Sequence record: MF158041
Strand: one strand, 5' to 3'
DNA: 64,000 nucleotides
Source: Shigella phage Sf15
Notes under the pieces: model-generated
Database searches by the model: none
The model's input: only the letters and a program-made list of their open reading frames with translations
Told to the model about the DNA's origin: nothing
Translations under genes and position numbers: made by a program
Shown here: one piece after another, positions 51,261 through 61,383 of the stretch
How the letters are laid out: the number at the start of each line of letters is the position of its first letter
Numbering within the stretch: the stretch's first letter is position 1

Positions 51261-52141
51261 TTAAAGCAAAGACATATCCAGATTTTAAAGAGTTCGTTAA
51301 AGACTTTGTAGCGAATGTTAAAGCTGGCAAAAGATACGACTTCAGAAAGTATCAAGAGGCCGTTCTGCCTCTGACATATAGCTCACCGTGGCCTGAGTCT
51401 GATATTCCAGAAGTTACTGACTTCAATTACACACCAGACTACACAGTTCCATTTAGTGAAGAACTTTTATATTCAGTTGGTGCTCAGATGAGGACTGCTG
51501 ACTTCTTCATGGACTTGCAGTATGCAATCATCAATGGGAAGGATGTTGACACAGTTTATTGTGAATGGTTGGCAAGGGTTAAACCTTTCTCCATGCTTAA
51601 TGCAAAGTTGAAGGATGCAATCACACCTCCAGTTATTACACAGCAGCCAACTGACCAAACTGTTAACGAGGGTGGAACACTTACACTTTCAGTTGTTGCT
51701 ACTGGTGCAACTGGTTATCAGTGGAAGAAAGGTGCATCAAACATCTCTGGAGCAACCTCTGCAACATATACTAAGAATGGCGTAGTCCCTACTGATGCTG
51801 GCGCATACACCTGTGTAGTTTCTGGTGAAGGTGGCTCAAGTGTTAATTCCAACGCTGCCACAGTAACTGTGAATGCACTGCCTGTGATTACACAGCAACC
51901 TACTAACCAAGAGATTACAGAGGGAGATACACTCACCCTTAGCATCGTAGCCACTGGTGCAACTGGTTATCAGTGGAAGAAAGATGATGTAGATATCCCT
52001 TCAGCAACATCTGCAACATATGAAAAGACACCGACTTCTAAAGCTGATGATGAAGGTACTTACTCTTGTGTTGTAACTGGTGTAGGTGGCTCAATCACAT
52101 CCCAATCTGCCAAGGTGGTTATTAACGCAGTAGGAGGTTGA
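51257..52141 (+). CDS. protein with two tandem Ig-like domains
   Basis: two repeats PVITQQPT.Q...G.TLTLS.VATGATGYQWKK...Y.CVV.G.GGS typical of Ig-like domains. Confidence 0.55.
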   Translation: MIKAKTYPDFKEFVKDFVANVKAGKRYDFRKYQEAVLPLTYSSPWPESDIPEVTDFNYTPDYTVPFSEELLYSVGAQMRTADFFMDLQYAIINGKDVDTVYCEWLARVKPFSMLNAKLKDAITPPVITQQPTDQTVNEGGTLTLSVVATGATGYQWKKGASNISGATSATYTKNGVVPTDAGAYTCVVSGEGGSSVNSNAATVTVNALPVITQQPTNQEITEGDTLTLSIVATGATGYQWKKDDVDIPSATSATYEKTPTSKADDEGTYSCVVTGVGGSITSQSAKVVINAVGG

Positions 52142-52608
52142 TAATGCAACTCTCAAGTAAAGGCTTAGAAGCCATTAAGTTCTTTGAAGGGCTTCGTTTA
52201 GAAGCCTATAAAGACTCTGCTGGAATCCCTACAATTGGTTATGGTACAATTCGTATCAACGGAAGACCTGTTACGATGGGGATGAAGATTACTGCCGAGC
52301 AAGCTGAACAATATCTCCTTGCAGATGTTGAGAACTATGTAGGTGCAGTAAACAAAGCAATCAAGGTTCCAACTACTCAGAATGAGTTTGATGCACTTGT
52401 TGTAGAGACTTACAACATTGGTATCGATGCTATGCAGGATTCAACTTTTATCAAGCGTCACAATGCTGGTAATAAAGCTGGGTGTGCAGAAGCTATGCAG
52501 TGGTGGAACAAGATTACAGTGAATGGTCAAAAAGTAACTTCCAAGGGTCTACAAAATAGACGTAGTTTGGAAGCCAAGATTTACCTTGACGCTGTTTATC
52601 CAAAATAG
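52138..52608 (+). CDS. endolysin (T4 lysozyme-like glycoside hydrolase)
   Basis: EGLRLEAYKDSAGIPTIGYGT matches catalytic Glu-Asp-Thr region of GH24 lysozymes. Confidence 0.75.
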   Translation: MIMQLSSKGLEAIKFFEGLRLEAYKDSAGIPTIGYGTIRINGRPVTMGMKITAEQAEQYLLADVENYVGAVNKAIKVPTTQNEFDALVVETYNIGIDAMQDSTFIKRHNAGNKAGCAEAMQWWNKITVNGQKVTSKGLQNRRSLEAKIYLDAVYPK

Positions 52609-52616
52609 TAGATTAA

Positions 52617-52641
52617 GAGGCTCCTTCGGGAGCCTTTTTTA
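52617..52641 (+). terminator. intrinsic terminator
   Basis: GGCTCC-TTCG-GGAGCC hairpin followed by TTTTTT. Confidence 0.65.
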
Positions 52642-52646
52642 TTTCT

Positions 52647-53057
52647 ATGGAGAAAACTATGAAGCTTTGGGCGAATGATAATGGTACTTTCAAGTACACA
52701 AGAAGTGGTATGAAGGTTCGTATTGCAGGAACCAAGTTGATTACTATGGGTGACAAGGTGTTCACAAAGTTTGTTGTTGAGGCCATTGAACGCTCACCTA
52801 TCACAATGGCTAACAAAGGCTTCTTTGCTGGTGAACTGTACAACGTGGATGACAATGGTATGTTCTCACCTTTAGGTGAAAGTTCTCTTGATATTATTTC
52901 AGAACACCCCTTGACAAGAGAGCAGTTATCAGGTTACTATAAATTTCTACTTGAGCAGAAGAAGAAGTTACACCAGAGTGAGGCTACATACCATAACAAT
53001 GAGTGTATCAAACTTCTGGATAAAATTGAGAAAGCTGAGAGAGGTTATTATGAATAA
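52647..53057 (+). CDS. hypothetical protein
   Basis: 136 aa ORF. Confidence 0.45.
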   Translation: MEKTMKLWANDNGTFKYTRSGMKVRIAGTKLITMGDKVFTKFVVEAIERSPITMANKGFFAGELYNVDDNGMFSPLGESSLDIISEHPLTREQLSGYYKFLLEQKKKLHQSEATYHNNECIKLLDKIEKAERGYYE

Positions 53058-53430
53058 GATTGATGTATTGGTTGACACATCCGGTCACGATTTAGATGAG
53101 TCTGGTGATTTTGCAAAAGCAATTATTTTCCAAGACAATGGAAGACTGAAATTGCAGTTTGAGTCAGGTAGCATACTATCATACCGTGGTGATGATGCAG
53201 ATGGTTGTCCAATTTTTGGATGGTTTGACCTGAATTTTCACAAATATGCTTACCACTACCCAGACGGTCAGGAAGATTGGACTACACAGGCTATCTTTGA
53301 TGAACTGAATGGTGTACCTTTGGAAGATGAGGTTTCAGAACCAACCCTTCTAACTTTCACCTTCATCAAAGAAGAAAAAGTCGGTGATATCTCCGTAACA
53401 GAAGCGTTGCAAGTTACACAGGTAGTTTGA
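53050..53430 (+). CDS. hypothetical protein
   Basis: start chosen at MNKIDVL with GAGAGG RBS. Confidence 0.45.
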   Translation: MNKIDVLVDTSGHDLDESGDFAKAIIFQDNGRLKLQFESGSILSYRGDDADGCPIFGWFDLNFHKYAYHYPDGQEDWTTQAIFDELNGVPLEDEVSEPTLLTFTFIKEEKVGDISVTEALQVTQVV

Positions 53431-53431
53431 T

Positions 53432-53725
53432 ATGAGTAAAGTACAGGTTATCTTTCCAATTAATGACTTCAGCTATGAAGCTGAGTTTGACCTGTACGAA
53501 GAACTCACTGATGATGTTATCTGGAGTGTGGTGACAAAGGCCATTAAGAAACTTTATGGTGGCCTTTTAAACCCTAATAACCCAAAAGTGTCAACAAAGC
53601 AAGTTTCCGAGCCATACACAAGCTATGATGCTGAAAAGAGTAAGTTTGAGATTACTTGCTATGACCTTCTGGTATCTGATAACAAAATCAACTACTTCTT
53701 CGTCAGAGAATACGCAGATGCTTAA
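53432..53725 (+). CDS. hypothetical protein
   Basis: 97 aa ORF. Confidence 0.45.
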   Translation: MSKVQVIFPINDFSYEAEFDLYEELTDDVIWSVVTKAIKKLYGGLLNPNNPKVSTKQVSEPYTSYDAEKSKFEITCYDLLVSDNKINYFFVREYADA

Positions 53726-54062
53726 GCTCCACATCGTTGTTTATAAGAATTTCGCAGATATACAAGAAGCCCTGTCATCAAGGCTGGACAAATGTCAGCA
53801 AAGACTATTTCTGATGTTTGATATGCTTGACTATAAACAACCTGATAAGCTTGTGTATAAAGATGGTACAGTAATCTTTAAAAGTGAAGACTCAGTGACC
53901 ATTTTTGTTAAGCATGATATGCCAGCTAAAAATATAGGGATGCTTGAGTTCTACATCTACCAATCCACAGGTATGCGTGGTGAGGGCATCAAAATAGATT
54001 CTATTGAGGTCTTTGAAAAACCGAAGACACCACTTAAAAAGTATTTAGTGAGGAAGTTATAG
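53721..54062 (+). CDS. hypothetical protein
   Basis: start chosen at MLKLHIV overlapping previous stop. Confidence 0.4.
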   Translation, partial: LKLHIVVYKNFADIQEALSSRLDKCQQRLFLMFDMLDYKQPDKLVYKDGTVIFKSEDSVTIFVKHDMPAKNIGMLEFYIYQSTGMRGEGIKIDSIEVFEKPKTPLKKYLVRKL

Positions 54063-54063
54063 T

Positions 54064-54657
54064 ATGAGTGTACACATTAAAGAAAAGGGTGGAGTTGATT
54101 CTCCACAAGTTGCATTAGTCCAACACTACGGTAATGTTCAGGGTGTGCTTGCTGCGTTCCAGCCAAACATTAACTCACCAGCAAAAGTTGCCAAATTGAC
54201 TATGGATGTGAACAATATCTCTGCATGTGTCATTGAAGATGTGCAGTACTTTAAGTTCTCATCTAAAGAAGTTGATGAAGCACTTCTGAAGTATCGTTTA
54301 GACCTTGAGAAAGACATTAACCACCAAGAGGTTGTGAAACTGTTTGGTGACCTACATGATATGCTTGATAAAGTCCACAAGCGTACATATTACATGAATG
54401 GTGGTTCAGTTATCACTACGTACACTTCCCCATTCACTAAAGAGGTCATCTTAACCGATGATGAGCAGTTCTTTGTTATGACTGCTTCAAGCTCAGATTG
54501 GTGGATGAAGAACACAGGAATGAAGACGATTATTGAAGCTATTCGTCAGCATATCCCAAACTTCAGCCCTTGGAAGGGTGCTTCTGATGACTTCATAGCT
54601 ATCCTTGAAGATGTTCGAAGCAGAAAAAGTAAATTACTGCCTAGAAAATATACTTGA
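54064..54657 (+). CDS. hypothetical protein
   Basis: 197 aa ORF. Confidence 0.45.
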   Translation: MSVHIKEKGGVDSPQVALVQHYGNVQGVLAAFQPNINSPAKVAKLTMDVNNISACVIEDVQYFKFSSKEVDEALLKYRLDLEKDINHQEVVKLFGDLHDMLDKVHKRTYYMNGGSVITTYTSPFTKEVILTDDEQFFVMTASSSDWWMKNTGMKTIIEAIRQHIPNFSPWKGASDDFIAILEDVRSRKSKLLPRKYT

Positions 54658-54727
54658 CAGTAATATCTAGAATTTTGTATGATGGGAGCTATCGAAAGGT
54701 GGTTCCCTTTTTTATTGGAGAGATAAA

Positions 54728-55468
54728 ATGGTTAAAGTTAAAGAGACAGACACAATTTACATTTATGTAAAGGCTTCACCAGCCCAAAGAACTAAGGCAT
54801 TTGTTACGTATGTGTCTGATAGCGGGGTTGTGTACTTCCGACCTATGAAGACATTACATTTCAAGATTTATCCAGCAACATCACTTGGTCCAGAAGCACA
54901 CTTATGGGCTGGTAAAGTCTATTCGACCACTGATATTGAAAACTTAACCTTCACAGGAAGCTTCAGAAAGCTTCTGGGTATTTCTTTACAAGATACTGTG
55001 GTAGGGGATGAAGAAGAAACTGAAAAGGCAACTTTTGAGGCAACTCCGACTCTGAAGAAAGAGGTAACTCCAAAGGTTAGAACGATTGATGTTACTATTG
55101 AGGCTCCTACACACAGACTTGCAGACTTACCTGAGCAAGAGTCTCGATACACAACTAAAGAGGACGGTCATCAAACTCTGGTTGTAGATAACGTCAGAGA
55201 TTACTTCAAGTATTTCTGTGATGCGAATCCACATAGTCATGCTTGGACTACACCACAAAAGAAATTTGACTCTGTGTTGACCAGCACTTGTGAAGATGCT
55301 AAAAAGAATGTGGAAGAGTTAAAAGAAGCAATCAGTGTCACAGACCATGTGGTTAATAAGAATGACATTGAGTACACAGTAAGAATGATGTTAAAAGCTG
55401 GTTTCACACCTTATCAGATTGCTGAAGAGATTCAAAGGCAATTCTACAACGCAATGGTGAAAGAATGA
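54728..55468 (+). CDS. hypothetical protein
   Basis: 246 aa ORF. Confidence 0.45.
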   Translation: MVKVKETDTIYIYVKASPAQRTKAFVTYVSDSGVVYFRPMKTLHFKIYPATSLGPEAHLWAGKVYSTTDIENLTFTGSFRKLLGISLQDTVVGDEEETEKATFEATPTLKKEVTPKVRTIDVTIEAPTHRLADLPEQESRYTTKEDGHQTLVVDNVRDYFKYFCDANPHSHAWTTPQKKFDSVLTSTCEDAKKNVEELKEAISVTDHVVNKNDIEYTVRMMLKAGFTPYQIAEEIQRQFYNAMVKE

Positions 55469-55683
55469 AAAAGTTTACAACTTTAGGTGAATACTGGAAG
55501 CTCTCTGTTTCTGAGCAGTACAGACGAGCTAAGAAGACTAAACAGTGTTATGGCAAAATTGCCAGAGGTGATATCTTAGTATGTACTGAAGAATCACTTA
55601 AGAACGTTACTCCCAGAGGTAAGACATTCCAGAGAATGATTGACAGAGAGTGGAATGCACGATTAAAGAGGATTGAACAATGA
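55465..55683 (+). CDS. hypothetical small basic protein
   Basis: 72 aa ORF. Confidence 0.4.
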   Translation: MKKFTTLGEYWKLSVSEQYRRAKKTKQCYGKIARGDILVCTEESLKNVTPRGKTFQRMIDREWNARLKRIEQ

Positions 55684-56186
55684 TTTACGAAGATTCAAGA
55701 GACCAGATTTCTTATGAGCAATCTAAGCACCATGTATCTTTCAAGATTGTGAAAGCAAACGGTGACGCAGGAACTATTTCACACTTCGGAGGTGAAAATT
55801 GGTTTGGTACAGGATGCTTTGAAGGTTACAGCAGAGAGTATTTGAAAGCTTTCTACAGAGACTTCTCAGCAGACTACAACGAACTTATCAATCTTGAAAA
55901 TAAGCGTAGAAATGCTGAACATAATACAAGAGGGTGGGCAGGGATAGCAATCATGTTATCTGTATTCCTTGCTATGATTTGTGTAATCTCCTTCGGTGGC
56001 ATGTACATGCAGGATTTAACGTTTAACCAAGCTGAGAAGAAAATTTCTGAGATTTGGTTCTTGTATGTGATTCCAATAGTTGGTATCAGCCTCTCGTGTT
56101 GGAGAATGACGACTTACAAGAAGAGAATTGTAGAGTCTGAGAAGAATTTTGAAGAGGTCAGTAGAGAATGCAACCTAAAATTTTAG
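55680..56186 (+). CDS. membrane protein
   Basis: hydrophobic segments GIAIMLSVFLAMICVISFGG and IWFLYVIPIVGISL. Confidence 0.45.
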   Translation: MIYEDSRDQISYEQSKHHVSFKIVKANGDAGTISHFGGENWFGTGCFEGYSREYLKAFYRDFSADYNELINLENKRRNAEHNTRGWAGIAIMLSVFLAMICVISFGGMYMQDLTFNQAEKKISEIWFLYVIPIVGISLSCWRMTTYKKRIVESEKNFEEVSRECNLKF

Positions 56187-56256
56187 TAATTTGTATCCGC
56201 TATGCTATTGCGGAAATGATTAACCAGAAAATCTTAAAAGATATCTCGGAGGGTAA

Positions 56257-56466
56257 ATGATTAGAACACCTGTCAAGCCTTTTGGCTTTAACACTCTGGA
56301 AGAGTTCAAAGAGTACCTTGAGAAAGGCTTCTACAACGAACAGCCAGTAACAGTGATTAAGTCTGACTTAGCACAGCTTGTTGACATTGCTATTGCAGCA
56401 ACTGAGCCTAAGAAGAAAGAGAAAAAGGCTTCTTCAAAGAAAGATAAAGAATCTGTTGAAGAGTAA
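56257..56466 (+). CDS. hypothetical small protein
   Basis: 69 aa, Lys-rich C terminus. Confidence 0.4.
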   Translation: MIRTPVKPFGFNTLEEFKEYLEKGFYNEQPVTVIKSDLAQLVDIAIAATEPKKKEKKASSKKDKESVEE

Positions 56467-56509
56467 TCTGTCAAGGGGTGTAAAAGCCCCTGTTTAGAGG
56501 TAGCGAAAA

Positions 56510-56953
56510 ATGGAACTAAAGAAATTTGAAATTGTGTCTCTTGTCAATTATACAACAAGAGAACGTGTAGCCCTAGGTACAGTCAGAGAGATTGACCACA
56601 GCCGTTACCCATTTTCAATAGAACTTGCTAATGATTTCAAAATTGGAGAGGGTGATGATGAAATGTCCTTTAAGTGTGGAGAGATTATCACTTTTGATAA
56701 TGACCTTCTCTACAGAGGTATAGCACATGCTGACCACAAAGGTTTTGATATCCAGATTGCAATGTTTGATGAGAAAGATGTAAGTGGGGTTTGCACATAT
56801 AGTATCCTTCAAGAAGATATTGCTAAAGAAATCTTAGAAATGTCTGTTAAGATTGATAATGCACTGGAGCCGTTGCTTCCATACTTAAAATCTGGTAAGT
56901 TATCTAGACAAGCACTTTTGAATATCATTGATATAAAAATTTCTAAAGGTTGA
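56510..56953 (+). CDS. hypothetical protein
   Basis: 147 aa ORF. Confidence 0.45.
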   Translation: MELKKFEIVSLVNYTTRERVALGTVREIDHSRYPFSIELANDFKIGEGDDEMSFKCGEIITFDNDLLYRGIAHADHKGFDIQIAMFDEKDVSGVCTYSILQEDIAKEILEMSVKIDNALEPLLPYLKSGKLSRQALLNIIDIKISKG

Positions 56954-57252
56954 CTATGACTCCACAATCCAGAGGTGTTAAAGGTATCCATCCTCCAAAG
57001 GGTGGTTGGAAAGATAACACTTTCTACATCGTTGAAGTTGCTTACAAGCCACTTAACATGATTCATAAAGCAATGTTCTACACAGGGTTCTGCGATGATA
57101 ATGGTGTACCTGCTGGTTACAACTGGCTTATGAATGGTGGTTATGAAGAACTTTGCAATATTCAAGAAGCTTATTACTTGAAAGCTATTGCAGAGTTACC
57201 TGACGAGTTTCAAATTGAGAGAGATGAGGATTGGAAAGATGAAGAATGTTAA
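56950..57252 (+). CDS. hypothetical protein
   Basis: 100 aa ORF. Confidence 0.45.
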   Translation: MTMTPQSRGVKGIHPPKGGWKDNTFYIVEVAYKPLNMIHKAMFYTGFCDDNGVPAGYNWLMNGGYEELCNIQEAYYLKAIAELPDEFQIERDEDWKDEEC

Positions 57253-57703
57253 AGAGGTAGTGCGTAAAGCTTTGCTTAACAACGGAACTAAAGATGATAT
57301 GTACAAAGATATCGTTGCAGAATTTGGTTGTTCAAGACATGCTGCAAAGGTTCTTCTTCATAGCTTTATCTGGGAGTGTTCAGAAGCTTACATGGTTCAT
57401 GCAGCTTTTTCAGAATCTCACTTACAAGCCGATAAAGACTTGTTAGCACCATATGACTTACGTGAACAAGAGCATGAAAGTGCCATTAAAACAAACACTG
57501 TGTACATGATTAGAGACACTCATACAGATTTGGTAGTAGCAACTATCAAGATTGAGAGGGAAGTTCCTGATTGTGGTTTTGAAGGTGATATTAATAGTGC
57601 AGATTTAGACACGGTATTCAGTCGTGGTGGAAGATGGTTGGTAGGTTATGATGGTTATATCACAGTTGATTACCAACGTTCAAAGTATCAGATTAAAGTG
57701 TGA
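57239..57703 (+). CDS. hypothetical protein
   Basis: start chosen at MKNVKEV with GAGGA RBS. Confidence 0.45.
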   Translation: MKNVKEVVRKALLNNGTKDDMYKDIVAEFGCSRHAAKVLLHSFIWECSEAYMVHAAFSESHLQADKDLLAPYDLREQEHESAIKTNTVYMIRDTHTDLVVATIKIEREVPDCGFEGDINSADLDTVFSRGGRWLVGYDGYITVDYQRSKYQIKV

Positions 57704-58371
57704 TTATGGGACACCTACTGAAGAAGAGTTGGAAGAACTTAACAGATATGGTTCCCCATCTGAAGAGGAAGAGAAAGAACTCCGAAGAATGGGAAGCAAT
57801 TACTAAGAAATGTTTTAAGGATTTGATAGAGATGAAAAAGTTTGAACTTGAAAGAAAGTATCTGGTACTTAGCCTAGATGATATCAACACACATCTTGAC
57901 GAAAGTGAGAAGTGGTCTTTAGACTTACTTGTTAATCGACTTAAGATGGAACGAGAAGATTCAGGTAAAGAGCCACTTGAAGGTATCTTTGTCAAGAAAT
58001 CTTATCCGTTCTTTGAAGATACTTTGAAGAAACTTGAGATGTATGTTAAGCAGCAGAACCGTAAAGAGTTCTCTATGATTTCTCTTGGTGGACAACAAAT
58101 GCTGGTTATGGAAGATATAAACCCTAAGAGAACCAACAAAGGTGTTTGTATCAAGGTCACAGGTAAAGAAGAATTTGTTGAATATGACATACTCAGACAC
58201 ATTATAGATGGTTTGGGTGTTGTACTGAACATGAATGAATACCATATTAGTTCACACCCGATTAAGGGTGACCAGATAATGATTCAGGTAAGAGAACGTC
58301 ATAGTGGGTTCACACACTTCTTCCAGACTTCTAAAACTTCATTGCAAGCCATGCTTAGTGAATTGATGTAA
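57700..58371 (+). CDS. hypothetical protein
   Basis: 223 aa ORF, last gene of plus-strand block. Confidence 0.45.
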   Translation: MIMGHLLKKSWKNLTDMVPHLKRKRKNSEEWEAITKKCFKDLIEMKKFELERKYLVLSLDDINTHLDESEKWSLDLLVNRLKMEREDSGKEPLEGIFVKKSYPFFEDTLKKLEMYVKQQNRKEFSMISLGGQQMLVMEDINPKRTNKGVCIKVTGKEEFVEYDILRHIIDGLGVVLNMNEYHISSHPIKGDQIMIQVRERHSGFTHFFQTSKTSLQAMLSELM

Positions 58372-58377
58372 GACTAT

Positions 58378-58402
58378 ACAGCCCCTTAATTGGGGCTTTT
58401 TA
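58378..58402 (+). terminator. intrinsic terminator
   Basis: GCCCC-TTAATT-GGGGC hairpin followed by TTTTT. Confidence 0.65.
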
Positions 58403-59905
58403 TTGAGTAAATTTACGAAATTTATAATTTTTATAAAATTTGGGATTCACTCCGTTCATCTTGGGTCACCATGATATGTGATAAAATATCTATACCCTTC
58501 TAAACACCCTCTCTAAGCATCATCTCTATATAGTATTATATAGTATCTATATAGCCTCTTAGTCCCTAAATAGTGCTCTCTATATAGCCCTCTATAAAGC
58601 CTTCTAAGCCTCCCATTAATCAACCCTATACAATCCTTCCTAACCTCTTCCTAGCCCCTTAGAAGCCCCTATACTCATCTTAATCTCTAGGTAAACGATA
58701 GTACCCTATATAGCAGAATCACTAGGTATTACTAAGCCTCTATATAGACTGTTATATAGCACTAAACAGGTATTCCCTGTAAAGGCTTATCCTACAAGGT
58801 CTAACACGGTACTAACAAGGTCTCTTATAAGCCTGTTAATTCCTGTTTTATATAAGATAGTGTATAGATAGTTATTCAGAATTATAAAATTTTTATAAAA
58901 TAGACTAGGTAGGTTACTTTTTAGGTTCTTTGGAGATTCTTGAAAATATCTACTTAGGATGTATATCTGCTTGGTAGCCCTTAACAGCCCTGTAACATCC
59001 CCTTTGCAAAATCTTAAAATATCATTAACAATCTCTTAACAACTCTTCCAAGTCCTTAACATCTCTTCAGAGTTCTTAACAGTCTCTTAACAGAACTAAC
59101 AAGAGCTTAACAAGTCTGTAACATTACTAACAAGAGTCTAACAAGTTGCTTATAAGTTGCTAAATAGTTAAATCTTAAGAGTTATTTTGTTAAGATAATT
59201 AACAAGTTCTAAACCTTTTTAACAAGCTATTAACATGGTCACTATCTCTTGGTCTATAGTTCCCTTCCCTTCTTAGTGATTCTCTATAAAGCCCTCTTAA
59301 AAGCTCTCTGTAGCTCTGTATAGCCTCTTCTAAGGTTCTCCCTAGTAACTACACCCCAACTACCTGTATAGCTCTTTATAGGGCTTTCTAGGGGCTTATA
59401 TAGGGACTTCAAAGAGTCTAACAAGCTCTTAACATACCTCTAACAAGGATTTAACAAGGGGCTAACAAGTCTCTAATAAGCATAACTATGTAGCATTTGT
59501 TAAGATTTTGTTAAGAGAATGTAAAGGGGGCTAACTTTTACGTTACTTTTAAGGTTCTTTTACGTTACTTTGAAGACTCCATAACATACTTTAAAGCTAT
59601 TATCAAGCCCCTGTTTAAGCATTCACAAGATACTAACGAGATAATAAAGCTTATACCCTTATAAGATTCTTTTAAGGCTCTAGAAAGCTCTATAAAGGGC
59701 TTTTAAGAGTAGGTTAATATGATTGCTTAAGATGAGATGATAAGCCCGTATAGAGCGTTATAGAGCGTTTTAGGGATTGCCCTTCCCTTTCGGGTTATGG
59801 GCTTATATTTAAGTTGATTTGATAAGAGGATATAGAGTAAGCTATAGAGTTATTGTTCTAAATGTATGAGATAGGTTCTATCGAATCAATGGTAAGATTC
59901 TAGGA
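58403..59905. repeat. ORF-free region with clustered short repeats (CTATATAG palindromes; TAACAAG / CTTAACA iterons)
   Basis: no ORF over 60 aa on either strand; many direct and palindromic short repeats visible by eye. Confidence 0.6.
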
Positions 59906-59909
59906 AGAC

Positions 59910-59935
59910 GTAAAAAAGCCCCATCTAAGGGGCTG
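59910..59935 (-). terminator. intrinsic terminator for the minus-strand small-gene array
   Basis: minus-strand hairpin GCCCC-TTAGAT-GGGGC followed by TTTTTT. Confidence 0.55.
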
Positions 59936-59975
59936 TAAAGGTGTCTGGGGCTATTTGCCCCGTTGCGGCGACTTG

Positions 59976-60227
59976 TTAGTTATTGAAGCCGTCAACTTCA
60001 TAGTAAAGCGTGATAAGAGAATCACCCCAATAGTAAGAGGATTTGCCATCCTTTAAGACTTCTTGTTTTACTTCTTTCCAGAACCACTCAGATTGATTGT
60101 AGTCCTGAATAGTTGCTTTTAGACACATATCAACCATGCCAAAAACATCGCCAGTTCCAACCATATCAAATTTAACATCTAATACATGGAAGCCAAAATT
60201 GTTAACAGTTGCGTGGATAGTAGCCAT
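59976..60227 (-). CDS. hypothetical small protein
   Basis: 83 aa, preceded by conserved leader cassette. Confidence 0.45.
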   Translation of the reverse strand: MATIHATVNNFGFHVLDVKFDMVGTGDVFGMVDMCLKATIQDYNQSEWFWKEVKQEVLKDGKSSYYWGDSLITLYYEVDGFNN

Positions 60228-60296
60228 TTTCAGATTCTCCAGTTTAGGAATTTAGGTTAGTGGGGAAGTCTCCCTCCCCGTTGAAAGTAATATTAA
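60228..60296 (-). repeat. leader cassette copy (GC hairpin + CCTAAACTGGAGAATC RBS block)
   Basis: shares core GATTCTCCAGTTTAGGA and GGGG..CCCC hairpin with eight other copies. Confidence 0.6.
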
Positions 60297-60556
60297 TTCA
60301 TTGCTGCATAAGTTGCAAGTCTTTTTTCATTGTATTTTGTAAGAATCTCACAAGATAAAACGTCATACTTTGCAACGGCTTCAGATTTAGTTAAACCGAA
60401 ATGGCTTACAATTTCACCATTCATGAATCCGACTACTTCATAAGATTCTGCGATGATTTCACCGTTGAACCAATCACTTTCAATACGTTTGCAAAGTTGG
60501 ATATCTTCTTTGTCAGTACCGATTTGTAACAGGATAGTGATTTCTTGATTATTCAT
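60293..60556 (-). CDS. hypothetical small protein
   Basis: 87 aa, leader cassette upstream. Confidence 0.45.
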   Translation of the reverse strand: MNNQEITILLQIGTDKEDIQLCKRIESDWFNGEIIAESYEVVGFMNGEIVSHFGLTKSEAVAKYDVLSCEILTKYNEKRLATYAAMN

Positions 60557-60617
60557 TTTCTAGTCTCCAGTTTAGGATTGTTGGGGAAAGGTCATCCCCT
60601 CCCCGTTGATAAGTACT
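60557..60617 (-). repeat. leader cassette copy
   Basis: same conserved core. Confidence 0.6.
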
Positions 60618-61145
60618 TTATAGATTTGTGATGATTTCGTCAAGGGAATTTTCTAAGTTTTTTAAAGATTGTTCGTAAAGCCTAATTCCCCTACTTAATG
60701 CTTCCCCTAACGTAATTTTAAAATTAGTTGTTGGGTAGTCACTTGTAAAGATGTTTTCCACTTCATAGAGTGGGTATTGTTGGTTACCCGTTCCCATAGC
60801 ATACATGCCTGTATAGTGGATTGCAATAAAAAGATTATGGGACTTAATAGAGCGCTCATAAGCCATTTTAAAGCGGTTTAACTCGTTTTTAGTTGCCTTA
60901 ATAGCCATTTCGTGAATTTCTGCGACTATAGCCATATAATCATTCAGAATAAGAGAAATAGCCCCCATAAAGTTGTTGGCTGTTACCGCTTTTACATTTG
61001 GTCGGTGTACATAAAACTTCTTATCTTCCCCTTTTGTGATAACTGCAAAAACTTTGCTCTTTAAGGTAAATTCCCAAGTATCTTTACAAGGCTTGCTCAT
61101 CACTTCACGGCTACGGATTGCATTAACAGCATTAAACTTATTCAT
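60618..61145 (-). CDS. hypothetical protein
   Basis: 175 aa, leader cassette upstream. Confidence 0.45.
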   Translation of the reverse strand: MNKFNAVNAIRSREVMSKPCKDTWEFTLKSKVFAVITKGEDKKFYVHRPNVKAVTANNFMGAISLILNDYMAIVAEIHEMAIKATKNELNRFKMAYERSIKSHNLFIAIHYTGMYAMGTGNQQYPLYEVENIFTSDYPTTNFKITLGEALSRGIRLYEQSLKNLENSLDEIITNL

Positions 61146-61210
61146 TCTAGATTCTCCAGTTTAGGAATTTTGTTTTAGTGGGGAAGTCTCCCTCCCCGTT
61201 GATGAATACT
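61146..61210 (-). repeat. leader cassette copy
   Basis: same conserved core. Confidence 0.6.
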
Positions 61211-61351
61211 TTACTTGTTTTGATTCTGTATTGCAAGTAGTTTTTTATCAAAAAGTTTATCTGAGATTTCACCAATGGTGAGCATTGCTAATGGCAACAC
61301 AACAGAAACAATCATACCGCAAAGGATAGGGTTTTTAATGATATCTAACAT
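61211..61351 (-). CDS. small hydrophobic protein (46 aa), not in ORF track
   Basis: ATG at 61351 directly follows a leader cassette copy; translation MLDIIKNPILCGMIVSVVLPLAMLTIGEI... contains a TM-like segment. Confidence 0.4.
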   Translation of the reverse strand: MLDIIKNPILCGMIVSVVLPLAMLTIGEISDKLFDKKLLAIQNQNK

Positions 61352-61383
61352 TTAGTGATTCTCCAGTTTAGGAAGTTGCCTTT
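61352..61383 (-). repeat. leader cassette copy (short form)
   Basis: GATTCTCCAGTTTAGGAAG core. Confidence 0.5.
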
